Below, piece by piece: positions 1-8,581 of a DNA stretch of 60,442 bases. The notes beneath the pieces are model-generated. The model was not told the origin of the DNA and made no database searches. It was given only the letters and a program-made list of their open reading frames with translations. Source of the DNA: a virus. Lineage: Duplodnaviria; Caudoviricetes. Both the position numbers and the translations under genes were made by a program. Each line of letters starts with the position of its first letter. The stretch's first letter is position 1. The stretch spans positions 1 to 60,442 of IMG/VR virus record IMGVR_UViG_3300035158_000136. One strand, 5' to 3'.

Positions 1-278
1 AATATATTTCACTGTGCGCAATCATGTGCGGCGGTAGCAGTGGTGCGGATTGTTCTGATTTTGACGATTTTGAGTTCTTTGAGGGCCTTGAGGATTCTGT
101 CGATTTTAACAAATGGCCGTCTGTACGGGTTCTTCTGAATGTTCCTTTTGATTATAGAATCAGACGTGTTGCATTTTCGCAACATACACTTGGCGAATCC
201 GCAGAATCCGCATAACCGATTATAACGATTGTAACGATTTCTGGCTAGACAATTATATTATATAGGCGCGCGACGCGC

Positions 279-430
279 GAATCGACGTAAGTCCTTTGAT
301 AGCAACAACTTACGTCGATTCAATAGGCGCGCTTTGGCGTGTGAATCGACGTAAGTCCTTTGATAGCAACAACTTACGACGAGCGCTTAGGGCGCGGAAA
401 ACGTAAGTCCTTTGATAGCAAGGACTTAGG
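279..430. repeat. Three-copy palindromic repeat array (core TAAGTCCTTTGATAGCAACAACTTA), locus A
   Basis: Copies at 279-321 (perfect 14-bp arms GAATCGACGTAAGT/ACTTACGTCGATTC around a 15-nt spacer), 343-381 and 401-430 (TAAGTCCTT-TGATAGC-AAGGACTTA). Confidence 0.95.
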
Positions 431-721
431 ACGTGAATCGTTATAACCGAATCACAATTTTGGAAATTTACTTTGACTTTCCGGCAGAATCGTTATAACC
501 GGACGCCTCGCGCTGTGGGTATGGTAGGATACAGTAGGCGCAGCCTACCGCGCCGCAATTGGGGTTGATACCATGCGAAAAACTCAACTCAACCGACAAA
601 ACCCGCAAAGCCGTTACGGTCGGCAAAATCCTGCTGAGTTCAAAATCAGAACATTAGGTGGGCAATCCCAATTGCACCGATCGTATCGTTTTTGAGTTTC
701 GTATCAATTGGAGAAGTTACG

Positions 722-1741
722 ATGAGTAGCACGAAAGTTACGAAGTTGGTGGATTTCTCGGATCTGTACCTTGAAGGGAATGTGCGGACTGAAGCGTGTG
801 AAGCGATTCCGCATATGGTGCAGAGTTTGCGGAGAAACGGGTTCAAGCCGAATCATCCGCTTGTCGTGTCTGAGCGGGATGGCCGATTTCTCGTGTTGTG
901 CGGGAATCGCCGGAAGAAGGGATTGGACTGGTTGGCCGAAAATGACGATTCTGAGTATCGTCGCATTCTCGGCGAGTTCAACGGTAAAATCCCTTGTATC
1001 GTTCACAAGGGTTTGACCGAAGAAGAGGAAATTCTGCTTCGTGTCGATCATTCCACCGATGAGGATCGTGTCGGTCTTGACGAATGGAGTCAGTTTTTAG
1101 CGATTAAACAGCTTGTGCGGGCTTTCACGGCTGAATCGCAGGAACGGATTGCAGAGAAACTCGGGATTTTCCACAACAAAGGGAAAAACAAGGGAAAGCC
1201 GAATCGGTCATATGTGCAGACTCGGGTGGATCTGGCGCGTCTGCCGGTTTTCGTGCAGGAAGAGATTAGGAAGCTCATGCAGGAAGGGAAGGATGCAACG
1301 CCTGTGCGGATTAGTGACATTAAGAAACTCAAGACCGTCTACAATGACGAATATGCCGATTATCCCGACGGCGACGGTCCTGAGTTCAAAAAGGCTTGGG
1401 AGGGTATTGTCAATCCTGAGCCGAAGGCCGAATCTGCCGACGGCGATAAGGTGGAACCTGCCGATCTTTCCGTCAAGTCCGCCTTTGAACGTTCTCAGGC
1501 TTGTAGCAGTCGCCTGCTTGGGCGGGTTCTACTGGCTGTGACGAATCAAGGGAAGGATGATCTGGTTGCGCTGGATGCGCAGGTCTTGCAGGCTGAGACG
1601 GATTCGCAGATCCTTGCCGATATTGCCGAATATCTTGGCGAGAACGATTACGCTCAGCTTGTCGATGCTGCCAGAAATGCGCGTGTTGAGCGTGAGGCGC
1701 AGGATGCCGAGAATGCGGAGACTGCCGATTCCGCCGAGTAG
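722..1741 (+). CDS. ParB-like protein 1 (ParB N-terminal/CTPase-like domain + HTH)
   Basis: NVR..., PLVV, LCGNRR (GxxR box), HTH SQERIAEKLG...RSYVQTRVDLARLP. The ATG at 722 follows GGAGAAG. Confidence 0.8.
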   Translation: MSSTKVTKLVDFSDLYLEGNVRTEACEAIPHMVQSLRRNGFKPNHPLVVSERDGRFLVLCGNRRKKGLDWLAENDDSEYRRILGEFNGKIPCIVHKGLTEEEEILLRVDHSTDEDRVGLDEWSQFLAIKQLVRAFTAESQERIAEKLGIFHNKGKNKGKPNRSYVQTRVDLARLPVFVQEEIRKLMQEGKDATPVRISDIKKLKTVYNDEYADYPDGDGPEFKKAWEGIVNPEPKAESADGDKVEPADLSVKSAFERSQACSSRLLGRVLLAVTNQGKDDLVALDAQVLQAETDSQILADIAEYLGENDYAQLVDAARNARVEREAQDAENAETADSAE

Positions 1742-1759
1742 GCCGGATGTGCCGGCATC

Positions 1760-1800
1760 AGGCCGGCTAGTCCGATTATCCGGGCTGGCCGGCCTATTTC
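1760..1800 (+). terminator. GC-rich hairpin after ParB-like gene 1
   Basis: AGGCCGGCTAGTCCG...CGGGCTGGCCGGCCT followed by ATTT; the U-tract is weak. Confidence 0.45.
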
Positions 1801-1821
1801 CGTTTCTACCGATTATTCCGT

Positions 1822-2622
1822 CTGAGTTCAAAATCTTTCCTAGAATCTTGGGGCCGGGCTGGTCGGCGGACTGGGATGGCGCCGGGAATGAACGTAGGCC
1901 CCAACGGGCCGTCTTCGAAGCCACTCATGGCAGCGCCCCCCCCCCAAATACAAGGGAATGAACAAGGTCAACCCCAGCGCGGCTCCAAAACCGGGTTCTC
2001 CGGCGAAGTCTTCAGGTTTTCCTCCCTGAAAGATCCGGGGTATCCAACCATTTTGTATTGCTGGGTGACGACGGCGCAGTTTTGATAAGGCCTCGGCTGC
2101 AGGCCTCGATGGCATTGCAGGAACAAGGGTCGATCCGGCCAGGCCGTTTCGCCTCCTTCCAGCAACGGGAGAAGGCTAATTCCGTCAACAACGGGATCCT
2201 GCGGCACGCCCACGTCGGCGGCATCCATCAGCGTCGGCAGAATATCGATGTGACTGGCGACGCGATCACAGGTCCGACGCGACGAAAGCCGTCCGCGCCA
2301 TTGCACGAACAGCGGCACGCGGATTTTGGCTTCGTAGATGGTTCCGCTTCGCAGGCCCGCGTTGTATCCGTGTCCCGGACCGTCGTCGCTGGTGAAAACC
2401 ACAAGCGTGTTTTCCCGCAAGCCGAGCTTCTCCAGCCGGCCCAACAGGCGTCCGAAGTTGTCATCGTAGTTGGTCACCATGGCGTAGACATTGGCTTGAG
2501 CATCACTCAGTCCAGCGCTCTGGTACGGCTCCTTGTACCGGTTGGGAGCTAGCGGGCCAACGACGGATTCGCGGGCTGTATGGCCGACGTTGGCTGAGTT
2601 CAAAATCTTTCCTAGAATCTTG
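1822..2622. repeat. 29-bp direct repeat flanking a foreign insert
   Basis: CTGAGTTCAAAATCTTTCCTAGAATCTTG is identical at 1822-1850 and 2594-2622. Confidence 0.95.
1968..2603 (-). pseudogene. Internal fragment of a bacterial arylsulfatase (sulfatase family)
   Basis: YAMVTNYDDNFGRLL, NTLVVFTSDDGP, YEAKIRVPLFV, SHIDILPTL and DGISLLPLL are typical of the C-terminal half of sulfatases. The N-terminal CxPxR motif is absent and the SDNG and GxKG motifs are degraded. Confidence 0.85.
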
Positions 2623-2714
2623 CCCGAATCTTGCCCTAGTCCCTTGACCTAGCTTTCCCTTGACCTATCCTTTTATAGTGGACAAGAGAAATCACAAGAC
2701 AAAGGGAAACGAAA

Positions 2715-2798
2715 ATGACGATTATCCTGATTGCTCTGGCCGCTCCGATCGTAGGGATCATTCTGATTAGTTCGACGTTTTCCAGTCCTGCCCGATAG
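2715..2798 (+). CDS. Tiny hydrophobic peptide (27 aa)
   Basis: MTIILIALAAPIVGIILISSTFSSPAR, with a purine-rich leader AAAGGGAAACGAAA. Confidence 0.35.
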   Translation: MTIILIALAAPIVGIILISSTFSSPAR

Positions 2799-2878
2799 TA
2801 GGGATTTTGACGGGCGCGCAGAGTCTGCCAATTGTTACTGTAAAATCGCACTTTCGTGGTTTATCAAATGGGAGGATT

Positions 2879-3025
2879 ATGATGTATGAACTGCTTGTGC
2901 TGATCGCTGATGATTGCACCGATTATGTGCCCTGCGCTAGTGAGCGCGATGTTGCGGATTATCTCAAGTTTGCCAAGAGTATCGGTCAGCCGGTCTTGAG
3001 GATTAGGGCGCTAGTGCCCATTTAG
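2879..3025 (+). CDS. Small hypothetical protein
   Basis: GGAGG RBS immediately upstream of the ATG at 2879. Confidence 0.5.
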   Translation: MMYELLVLIADDCTDYVPCASERDVADYLKFAKSIGQPVLRIRALVPI

Positions 3026-3060
3026 CCGATACTCCGGGACGTGCCGATTCTGCGGGATAG

Positions 3061-3102
3061 AAGAATCGTGAGTCTTGCATCAAGATTCACGATTCTTTTT
3101 TT
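3061..3102 (+). terminator. Rho-independent terminator
   Basis: AAGAATCGTGAGTCTTG-CAT-CAAGATTCACGATTCTT followed by a T-run. Confidence 0.75.
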
Positions 3103-3524
3103 ATTTACTACACGTAGCACGTGTAGTGATTATATAACATATGCGGGGCGTGTCGATCGTAGGGCTTATCCATATCTAACGATAAGAAGGATCGTAGCAT
3201 CATGCGTTACCATCGGTATAACCGTCAGAATAATGAATACCGATACCATACTCAAGATCAGTAGATCCGCGATTCCCGATACAGGTGGGTTAATCGTTAC
3301 AGACCAAGTTACCGCTACAACTATAAAACCACGTATCCCTATCGTGTCTGATGGACGTCAAAATTTTTCAAAGGTCGAAGCATCGTGAATCTTAGATCAT
3401 TGAGTATAAAATCAATTCAAGCCTCATGAATCACATAGCGAATAGGGGAGGGAGGGTTTTTCGCAATCTACCAAAAAGGTACCGGACCTAAGATTCATGA
3501 TACCGAATCTCGGCAAACTTTATT

Positions 3525-3566
3525 TTCTGCGCAACATTTAGTCATTTCTGGGCTATAATAAGGTAG
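3525..3566 (+). promoter_or_regulatory. Phage-type promoter for the packaging/structural operon
   Basis: TTCTGC-GCAACA(3531-3536)-17 bp-TATAAT(3554-3559)-AAGGTAG. The same architecture occurs twice in 37425-37775. Confidence 0.75.
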
Positions 3567-3612
3567 AAGGTGTCTAGAGGGTAGCGACAGAAACTTGCCG
3601 AGATTTGGTATC

Positions 3613-4173
3613 ATGGAACTTGAACGCTGGAAGCATACAGACGGCATCAATGCCCGTTGTGATTTTAATCTCAATGACGGGCAAAGGTGTGGCAACAAGG
3701 CCGCACCCGGCGTTTCCAGATGCCCACTGCACGGAGCCAACAAGCAACAAGCCGCGCAAGAGAACCGAAGCAAACGCCAATACCGGCTTGCAAAATTTCA
3801 ACAGCGCGTTAACGAGTTCGCGGACCATGACCGCCTAAAATATTTGAACGAAGAAATTGGTATCTTAAGGCTCCTTCTTGAGGAGCGTTTGAACGCGTGC
3901 GAAGACTCACATTCAATGATTTTACAATCAGGTCCGATCACGGACCTTGTTGTAAAAATCGAAAAACTTGTGGCGTCGTGCCACAAGTTAGAGTCTCAAC
4001 TTGGCGGTCTATTAAGTAAAGCGCAGATCAAGAATATTGCAGCGAATTGTATGCAAGCGGTTGCGGACGCTGTTGGCGTATTTGCAGAAGAGCAACAACT
4101 AAGTGATGAGCAAGTGGGCAACCTACTCGAAAAGGTAGCCCAAGGTATCCTCGAACACACAGGAGAACTCTAA
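3613..4173 (+). CDS. Putative terminase small subunit (N-terminal Zn-finger, HGGxSTG-like)
   Basis: RC...QRCGNKA...RCPLHG motif followed by helical/coiled-coil sequence. It is the first gene of the packaging operon. Confidence 0.55.
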   Translation: MELERWKHTDGINARCDFNLNDGQRCGNKAAPGVSRCPLHGANKQQAAQENRSKRQYRLAKFQQRVNEFADHDRLKYLNEEIGILRLLLEERLNACEDSHSMILQSGPITDLVVKIEKLVASCHKLESQLGGLLSKAQIKNIAANCMQAVADAVGVFAEEQQLSDEQVGNLLEKVAQGILEHTGEL

Positions 4174-4376
4174 TGTTCAAGTGGATCAAAGGCGCTCTCA
4201 AAAGCAACACGGTTCAGTTTAATGGTGCCGCGGCGATTCTCTGGTTCCTGGAAGTCCTGGGACAGACCAACTTCATCAGCGACGACAGTCAGTACAGCGC
4301 GCTGTTGGCCGGCATCGTGGCTCTCGTGAACATCGTATTGCGCTTCAAGACCAAGAAGGCGCTGCCCGAACGCTAA
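4173..4376 (+). CDS. Holin-like small membrane protein
   Basis: 67 aa, two hydrophobic helices, basic C-terminus (NIVLRFKTKK). Confidence 0.55.
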   Translation: MFKWIKGALKSNTVQFNGAAAILWFLEVLGQTNFISDDSQYSALLAGIVALVNIVLRFKTKKALPER

Positions 4377-4421
4377 AGACCGCAGGTTTCTTCCTGATTT
4401 TAAGATCAAGAAAGTGAGACA

Positions 4422-4724
4422 ATGAGCCTGATTCAAGCCGATCGCACGTTGGAACCGCTCGAATTCGAGCAATTCGAGAATGTTACCGGCTCGGTCCAAC
4501 GACTCAACGCTCCGAACAAAGCTACCTATGCCTACATTCAGGCGCAGGGCGGCGATATTCGGTGGCGGGATGATGCCGGTGAAGTGACGGCCACTGTTGG
4601 CCACATTCTCGCAGCGGGCGACGACTTGTGGTTCACGGCCGATCTCAAGAAGTTCACGTTCATTCGTGAAAATGCGGAAACTGCAACAACCGATGTTTCA
4701 GTGAGTTACTATGTACCGCGCTAA
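4422..4724 (+). CDS. Small beta-rich protein, paralogue 1 (RWRDD motif family)
   Basis: IRWRDDAGEVTATVGHIL; the motif is shared with 5111-5380 and 5377-5667. Confidence 0.75.
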   Translation: MSLIQADRTLEPLEFEQFENVTGSVQRLNAPNKATYAYIQAQGGDIRWRDDAGEVTATVGHILAAGDDLWFTADLKKFTFIRENAETATTDVSVSYYVPR

Positions 4725-5095
4725 CCGATGCCGCACTCGATACTTCGATGTGCGTGAACCAAAAGAGCAGCCTGATCCGCTGTTCGCTAATTTGGTTCAT
4801 GAATGGAACATGGAAGAATCGAGCGGCACGCGGTATGACGCCGTAGGCGACCTTGATATGTGGGCCGCCATCCGGTCGGGTTGGTTTCAGTGTCAAGTTT
4901 CCTGACGGCGGTACTTCTTATCTTTATCGAACAACGGCTCTCAATCCGGGTAACAATAATTTCCACATTCTTGGTTGGCTAAAGTGGCACGCGACGACTC
5001 AAAACACCGAAAATGGATTGTGTATGGTCCAGCGAAGTCTCATTACCCAGAAGGTTGGCAATCAACCTGGGACGACGATCACAAACGCTACATAG
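4711..5095 (+). pseudogene. Frameshifted/truncated LamG (concanavalin A-like) domain gene
   Basis: LVHEWNMEESSGTRYDAVG in one frame continues as GRVGFSVKF...LNPGNNNFHILGWLKW in another; the frame change is near 4860. Confidence 0.5.
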
Positions 5096-5110
5096 TACCG
5101 GCGGACTGAC

Positions 5111-5380
5111 ATGAGTGTAATGCGAGCCGAACGTCGAATGGTTCAAACGGGTTTCGAGACCGTAACAAACGGTTTTCTGAATCCTCCGACCAACACTGAA
5201 TACGTCATCGTTACCGCTGACATTGGTGGCGACGTCCGTTGGCGTGATGATGGCACCGCTTCAACAGCCACGGTAGGCCACATTATCTATGCGGGTAAGT
5301 CTTTCCGTTATAAGGGCAAGATCAACCGCTTCTACGTCTTCGGCACCGCTGCCGTAACATATTATGCGCCAGACAAATGA
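5111..5380 (+). CDS. Small beta-rich protein, paralogue 2
   Basis: VRWRDDGTASTATVGHII. Confidence 0.75.
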   Translation: MSVMRAERRMVQTGFETVTNGFLNPPTNTEYVIVTADIGGDVRWRDDGTASTATVGHIIYAGKSFRYKGKINRFYVFGTAAVTYYAPDK

Positions 5381-5667
5381 CCATCATTGCAGAAGCCAAG
5401 TACCAAGTTCTCGGTTTCGAGCAGCTCGAATTGTCAACCACGCCCAAGAGCCTGGCTGTACCGAACGGCGCTGCTTATGCCAAGATTCGTGCTAACCTGT
5501 TCGACAGTCGTTGGCGCGACGATGGCACCGATCCTACCAATACAGTTGGACATATTCTTTACGAAGGTAAGACTATCACTTACATCGGCGACCTTCGCAA
5601 GATGCGATTTGTAAGCATTCCAGGGACATCGTATGTAAGCATCACTTACTACATCATTATCGGGTAA
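5377..5667 (+). CDS. Small beta-rich protein, paralogue 3
   Basis: SRWRDDGTDPTNTVGHIL. Confidence 0.75.
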   Translation: MTIIAEAKYQVLGFEQLELSTTPKSLAVPNGAAYAKIRANLFDSRWRDDGTDPTNTVGHILYEGKTITYIGDLRKMRFVSIPGTSYVSITYYIIIG

Positions 5668-5671
5668 CGCG

Positions 5672-6523
5672 ATGGCACTCCGCGGTACGCAACAAATCGT
5701 TGAGGCCGTCGCACTTGGTAGTGAGGGCAAACTCAGGGGAACTCGACAGCAAGTCGAGATTCTGACAGCCGAAGGCGCTGTTGAGGGTGAACTCAGAGCG
5801 ACACAGCAAGTTGTCGAGTCGGCAGCAGGCGGAACAGGCCACCTAAGAGCTTCAAGGCAGCAAGTCGAAGTCATCGCAAAAGACCCGCTTGCGGGTGAGC
5901 TTCGAATCACGAGACAAGCAGCGGAGTACCTTTTTGATGCGGCCGGTGGTGATCTTAGAATCACTCGTCAAGTTGTTCAAGTTCTTGCTGGCATTGCAGA
6001 AGAGGGCCAACTAAGACTGAGCAGACAAGGCGTTGAGGTCATCTCCGCGACAACCAATGGCGTCCTTCGAATTTCAAGACAAAGCCTTGAGATTTTAGCA
6101 GAAGCAATAGGAGGTAATCTCAGAGTTTCACGTCAGGCTGTTGAGTACATCCATGAGCCCGTTGCAGGTGAAATAAGAATCACGAGGCAAGGTGTTCAAT
6201 ATCTTTTCAAAGTCACAGGCGGTGAGCTTCGAGTCACAAGACAAGCAATCGAATATCTTCACAAACATCCATCTCTTGGCACTGCACGTATTTCGAGACA
6301 AAGCGTTCAAGTTTTATTTGGTCCTTCAGTTGAAGGCGCTGCTAGAGTTTCAAGACAGGCGGGTGAAGTCCTTTCGGTAGCATTAGAAGGTGACATGCGG
6401 GTCACGAGACAAGCTGTCGAAGTCCTAAGTGATGCCGCACCACCTACACCAGTCGTGCACGTTGGCCAGTTTCGTCGCCAAAAGCGGCGAAGGATGAAAA
6501 TGCTCCCTCGAAGAGGAAGGTAA
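5672..6523 (+). CDS. Tandem-repeat protein (14 x G-x-LR(I/V)(T/S)RQxVE(V/Y)L), probably virion-associated
   Basis: Repeat of ~18-20 aa; the N-terminus MALRGTQQ is shared with the tail gene at 28433. Confidence 0.8.
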   Translation: MALRGTQQIVEAVALGSEGKLRGTRQQVEILTAEGAVEGELRATQQVVESAAGGTGHLRASRQQVEVIAKDPLAGELRITRQAAEYLFDAAGGDLRITRQVVQVLAGIAEEGQLRLSRQGVEVISATTNGVLRISRQSLEILAEAIGGNLRVSRQAVEYIHEPVAGEIRITRQGVQYLFKVTGGELRVTRQAIEYLHKHPSLGTARISRQSVQVLFGPSVEGAARVSRQAGEVLSVALEGDMRVTRQAVEVLSDAAPPTPVVHVGQFRRQKRRRMKMLPRRGR

Positions 6524-6524
6524 C

Positions 6525-7145
6525 ATGCGATCTATTTTTCTCGCGATGCTGCTACTTGTGGCCTTTCCGGCGTATGCAGCAGACGCACCGACCCCAGCCG
6601 TTGCTGATATCGTGTTGGAAGCCCCTGAAACGGGCTCAATTGGTGAACTGATCAGGCTAGACGCGACCAAAAGCAAGTCTGAGGAGTTAGTTTGGGACAT
6701 CGATCCTGAGACATCAGACTTTGAGGCCGTCGGCAAGCGTGCTTTTCTGTCTTCTCGAACGCCTGGACGCTACCTTGTTCTGATCGCGGGCGTTGCGAAT
6801 GGCAAACCGGTACTCAAGAAGCACGAGGTTGTCATCGAAGGTGCTACGCCGACCGGTCTTGATTCTAAAATCAAATCCTGGCTTGGTCAGGTCCGGTCAG
6901 AAAATGGTAAACAGGAGGCCCTCCAGTTAGCAAGCACCTTTCGAGCCCTTGCAAATGCCGAAATTGCACCAGACAAGATGCTCGAAGCCACCGCAAGGGC
7001 GACCAATCAGACGCTTGGTGACTCGCTTGAGGCGTGGAAACCGTTTTTAGACAGCCTTGGTGCATATTTAGATGCTGCTGAGATCACGGATTACCCAGCC
7101 ACGTATCGAGCAATCGCCGATGCCATCGAGAAGGCAATAAAATGA
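6525..7145 (+). CDS. Exported protein (Sec signal peptide, PKD/Ig-like then helical domain)
   Basis: MRSIFLAMLLLVAFPAYA signal with AxA cleavage site; LIRLDATKS...LVW is a PKD-like pattern. Confidence 0.65.
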   Translation: MRSIFLAMLLLVAFPAYAADAPTPAVADIVLEAPETGSIGELIRLDATKSKSEELVWDIDPETSDFEAVGKRAFLSSRTPGRYLVLIAGVANGKPVLKKHEVVIEGATPTGLDSKIKSWLGQVRSENGKQEALQLASTFRALANAEIAPDKMLEATARATNQTLGDSLEAWKPFLDSLGAYLDAAEITDYPATYRAIADAIEKAIK

Positions 7146-8140
7146 ACCGTCGAGGCTTCTTAGGGCTGCTATCGGCCTTAGCTTTTGCTACCCCGGCAAG
7201 GGCTGAGGAAGAGAATAAGTTCTTTGGGGCACTCAAACCGGCTTTCAAGTCGAGGCGCATCCCTTTTAGACGAGCATTTGGACATTTCAAAGGAATTAGC
7301 AAAGGTCAAAAGGCATTTCTCTGGAAATATCTCGAAATTATCCTTGGAGCACCACTCAAACCTCACAAACAAGGTGGAGAGGGCGATTGCGTTGGACATG
7401 CAGCTAGTTTGGGCGTCGATATCCTGGCCGCTTGTGACTTGTTCATGCGTTTTGAGCCCGAAACATGGAAGGCTAAATCCAGCGTCGAGATGATCTACAC
7501 TGGAAGCCGAAATGAAATCGGCGGAGGCGACCTTGAGGGACGAGCAGGCAGCCACGGCGAGTGGGCCGTCAAGTTTTTGAGTCAATACGGCACTCTGCAC
7601 CGTCAAATCTACGCTTCTGGTGACAATTATCTCGATTTACGTGGTTACGATGTCGTTCGCTCATACAAGATGCGGGATTTGGGCGTACCTGACTGGCTGG
7701 AGCCGAAAGCTAAGCAACATCCGGTCAAGACTTACTCCAAAATCCTGACCGTACGAGACGCTTTCGATTCAGTCTTTGTTGGGCAGCCAGTGATTTTATG
7801 CTCAACATACGCTTTCCATGATACTCGGGATAAGGACGGATTTTGCAAGCCTTATCTGAGCACATGGAACGGAAATCGTTGGCGTGGTCGCTGGTTCCGT
7901 AAACAGTGGTGGCACGCTCTGTTGCTGGCAGGGTTCAAAGACGACAGCCGCCCAGGCGGATTGATTTTGAACTCACATGGAGCGTGGAACGACGGCCCAA
8001 CAACTTACGGTCAACCGCCAGGATCGTTTTGGGTCGATGCCGAATACCTTGAATTGATGTTGAAGGATTGGGAAGACTGCTATGCGATGTCGGCATATGT
8101 AGGCCATCCTCAACGCATGCTCTCGCACAAACTCTATTGA
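7142..8140 (+). CDS. Papain-like (C1 family) cysteine peptidase with twin-arginine signal
   Basis: MNRRGFLGLLSALAFATPARA signal; oxyanion Gln and catalytic Cys in KQGGEGDCVGHA, His in WWHALLLAGF, Asn in LILNSHG. Confidence 0.8.
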   Translation: MNRRGFLGLLSALAFATPARAEEENKFFGALKPAFKSRRIPFRRAFGHFKGISKGQKAFLWKYLEIILGAPLKPHKQGGEGDCVGHAASLGVDILAACDLFMRFEPETWKAKSSVEMIYTGSRNEIGGGDLEGRAGSHGEWAVKFLSQYGTLHRQIYASGDNYLDLRGYDVVRSYKMRDLGVPDWLEPKAKQHPVKTYSKILTVRDAFDSVFVGQPVILCSTYAFHDTRDKDGFCKPYLSTWNGNRWRGRWFRKQWWHALLLAGFKDDSRPGGLILNSHGAWNDGPTTYGQPPGSFWVDAEYLELMLKDWEDCYAMSAYVGHPQRMLSHKLY

Positions 8141-8152
8141 AGGAGCTATGAT

Positions 8153-8581
8153 GTGGCTAAGATTTTGGCTTGCATTGCGATCTGCTTGGCTTGCCTTCAA
8201 GGAGGGCAATATCTCCAAGTTGAAGAGCAAAATACGCTTTTGCGTGAACTTTCTGGACAGAAAGTTGTGCCGCCGGAAGGACTCGAAGAATACGCAGAAC
8301 TCTGGGAAAAGAACACCATCGTCGGATTCGCCGCGGACTGGTGTATTTGGTGCCCGGCGCAGAAGGTTAATTGGTCGGCGCTCAAGAGGAAGGGATACCG
8401 ACTGAAAGTCTATGATGTAGACAAACACCCAGATCTGTACGCCTACTTCCGCGACAACGGAGTCACAGAAGGAATACCCTACACTGCGACATTCGTTGAG
8501 GGTGAAATCAAACACCGATTCAAAGGTGTGATCAACTGGCGTCGGATCGCAAAGAAAGCGGAGGATTGTAAGAAAGAATGA
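8153..8581 (+). CDS. Thioredoxin-family protein with N-terminal export/membrane signal
   Basis: GFAADWCIWCPAQ CxxC motif, DVDKHPDL, and GIPYT cis-Pro loop. Confidence 0.8.
   Translation: MAKILACIAICLACLQGGQYLQVEEQNTLLRELSGQKVVPPEGLEEYAELWEKNTIVGFAADWCIWCPAQKVNWSALKRKGYRLKVYDVDKHPDLYAYFRDNGVTEGIPYTATFVEGEIKHRFKGVINWRRIAKKAEDCKKE

Noticed and set aside
279-430. Possible mini-CRISPR array (also 37471-37695)
   Set aside because: Only three copies per locus, with irregular spacing (about 64 and 53 bp at locus A, 131 and 64 bp at locus B) and no cas genes; better explained as protein-binding sites.
473-499. TTGACT...TATAAC promoter for ParB1
   Set aside because: The spacer is only 15 bp; too weak to call.
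3041-3388. 115-aa ORF
   Set aside because: Spans a strong terminator, lacks an RBS and has atypical composition; treated as non-coding.
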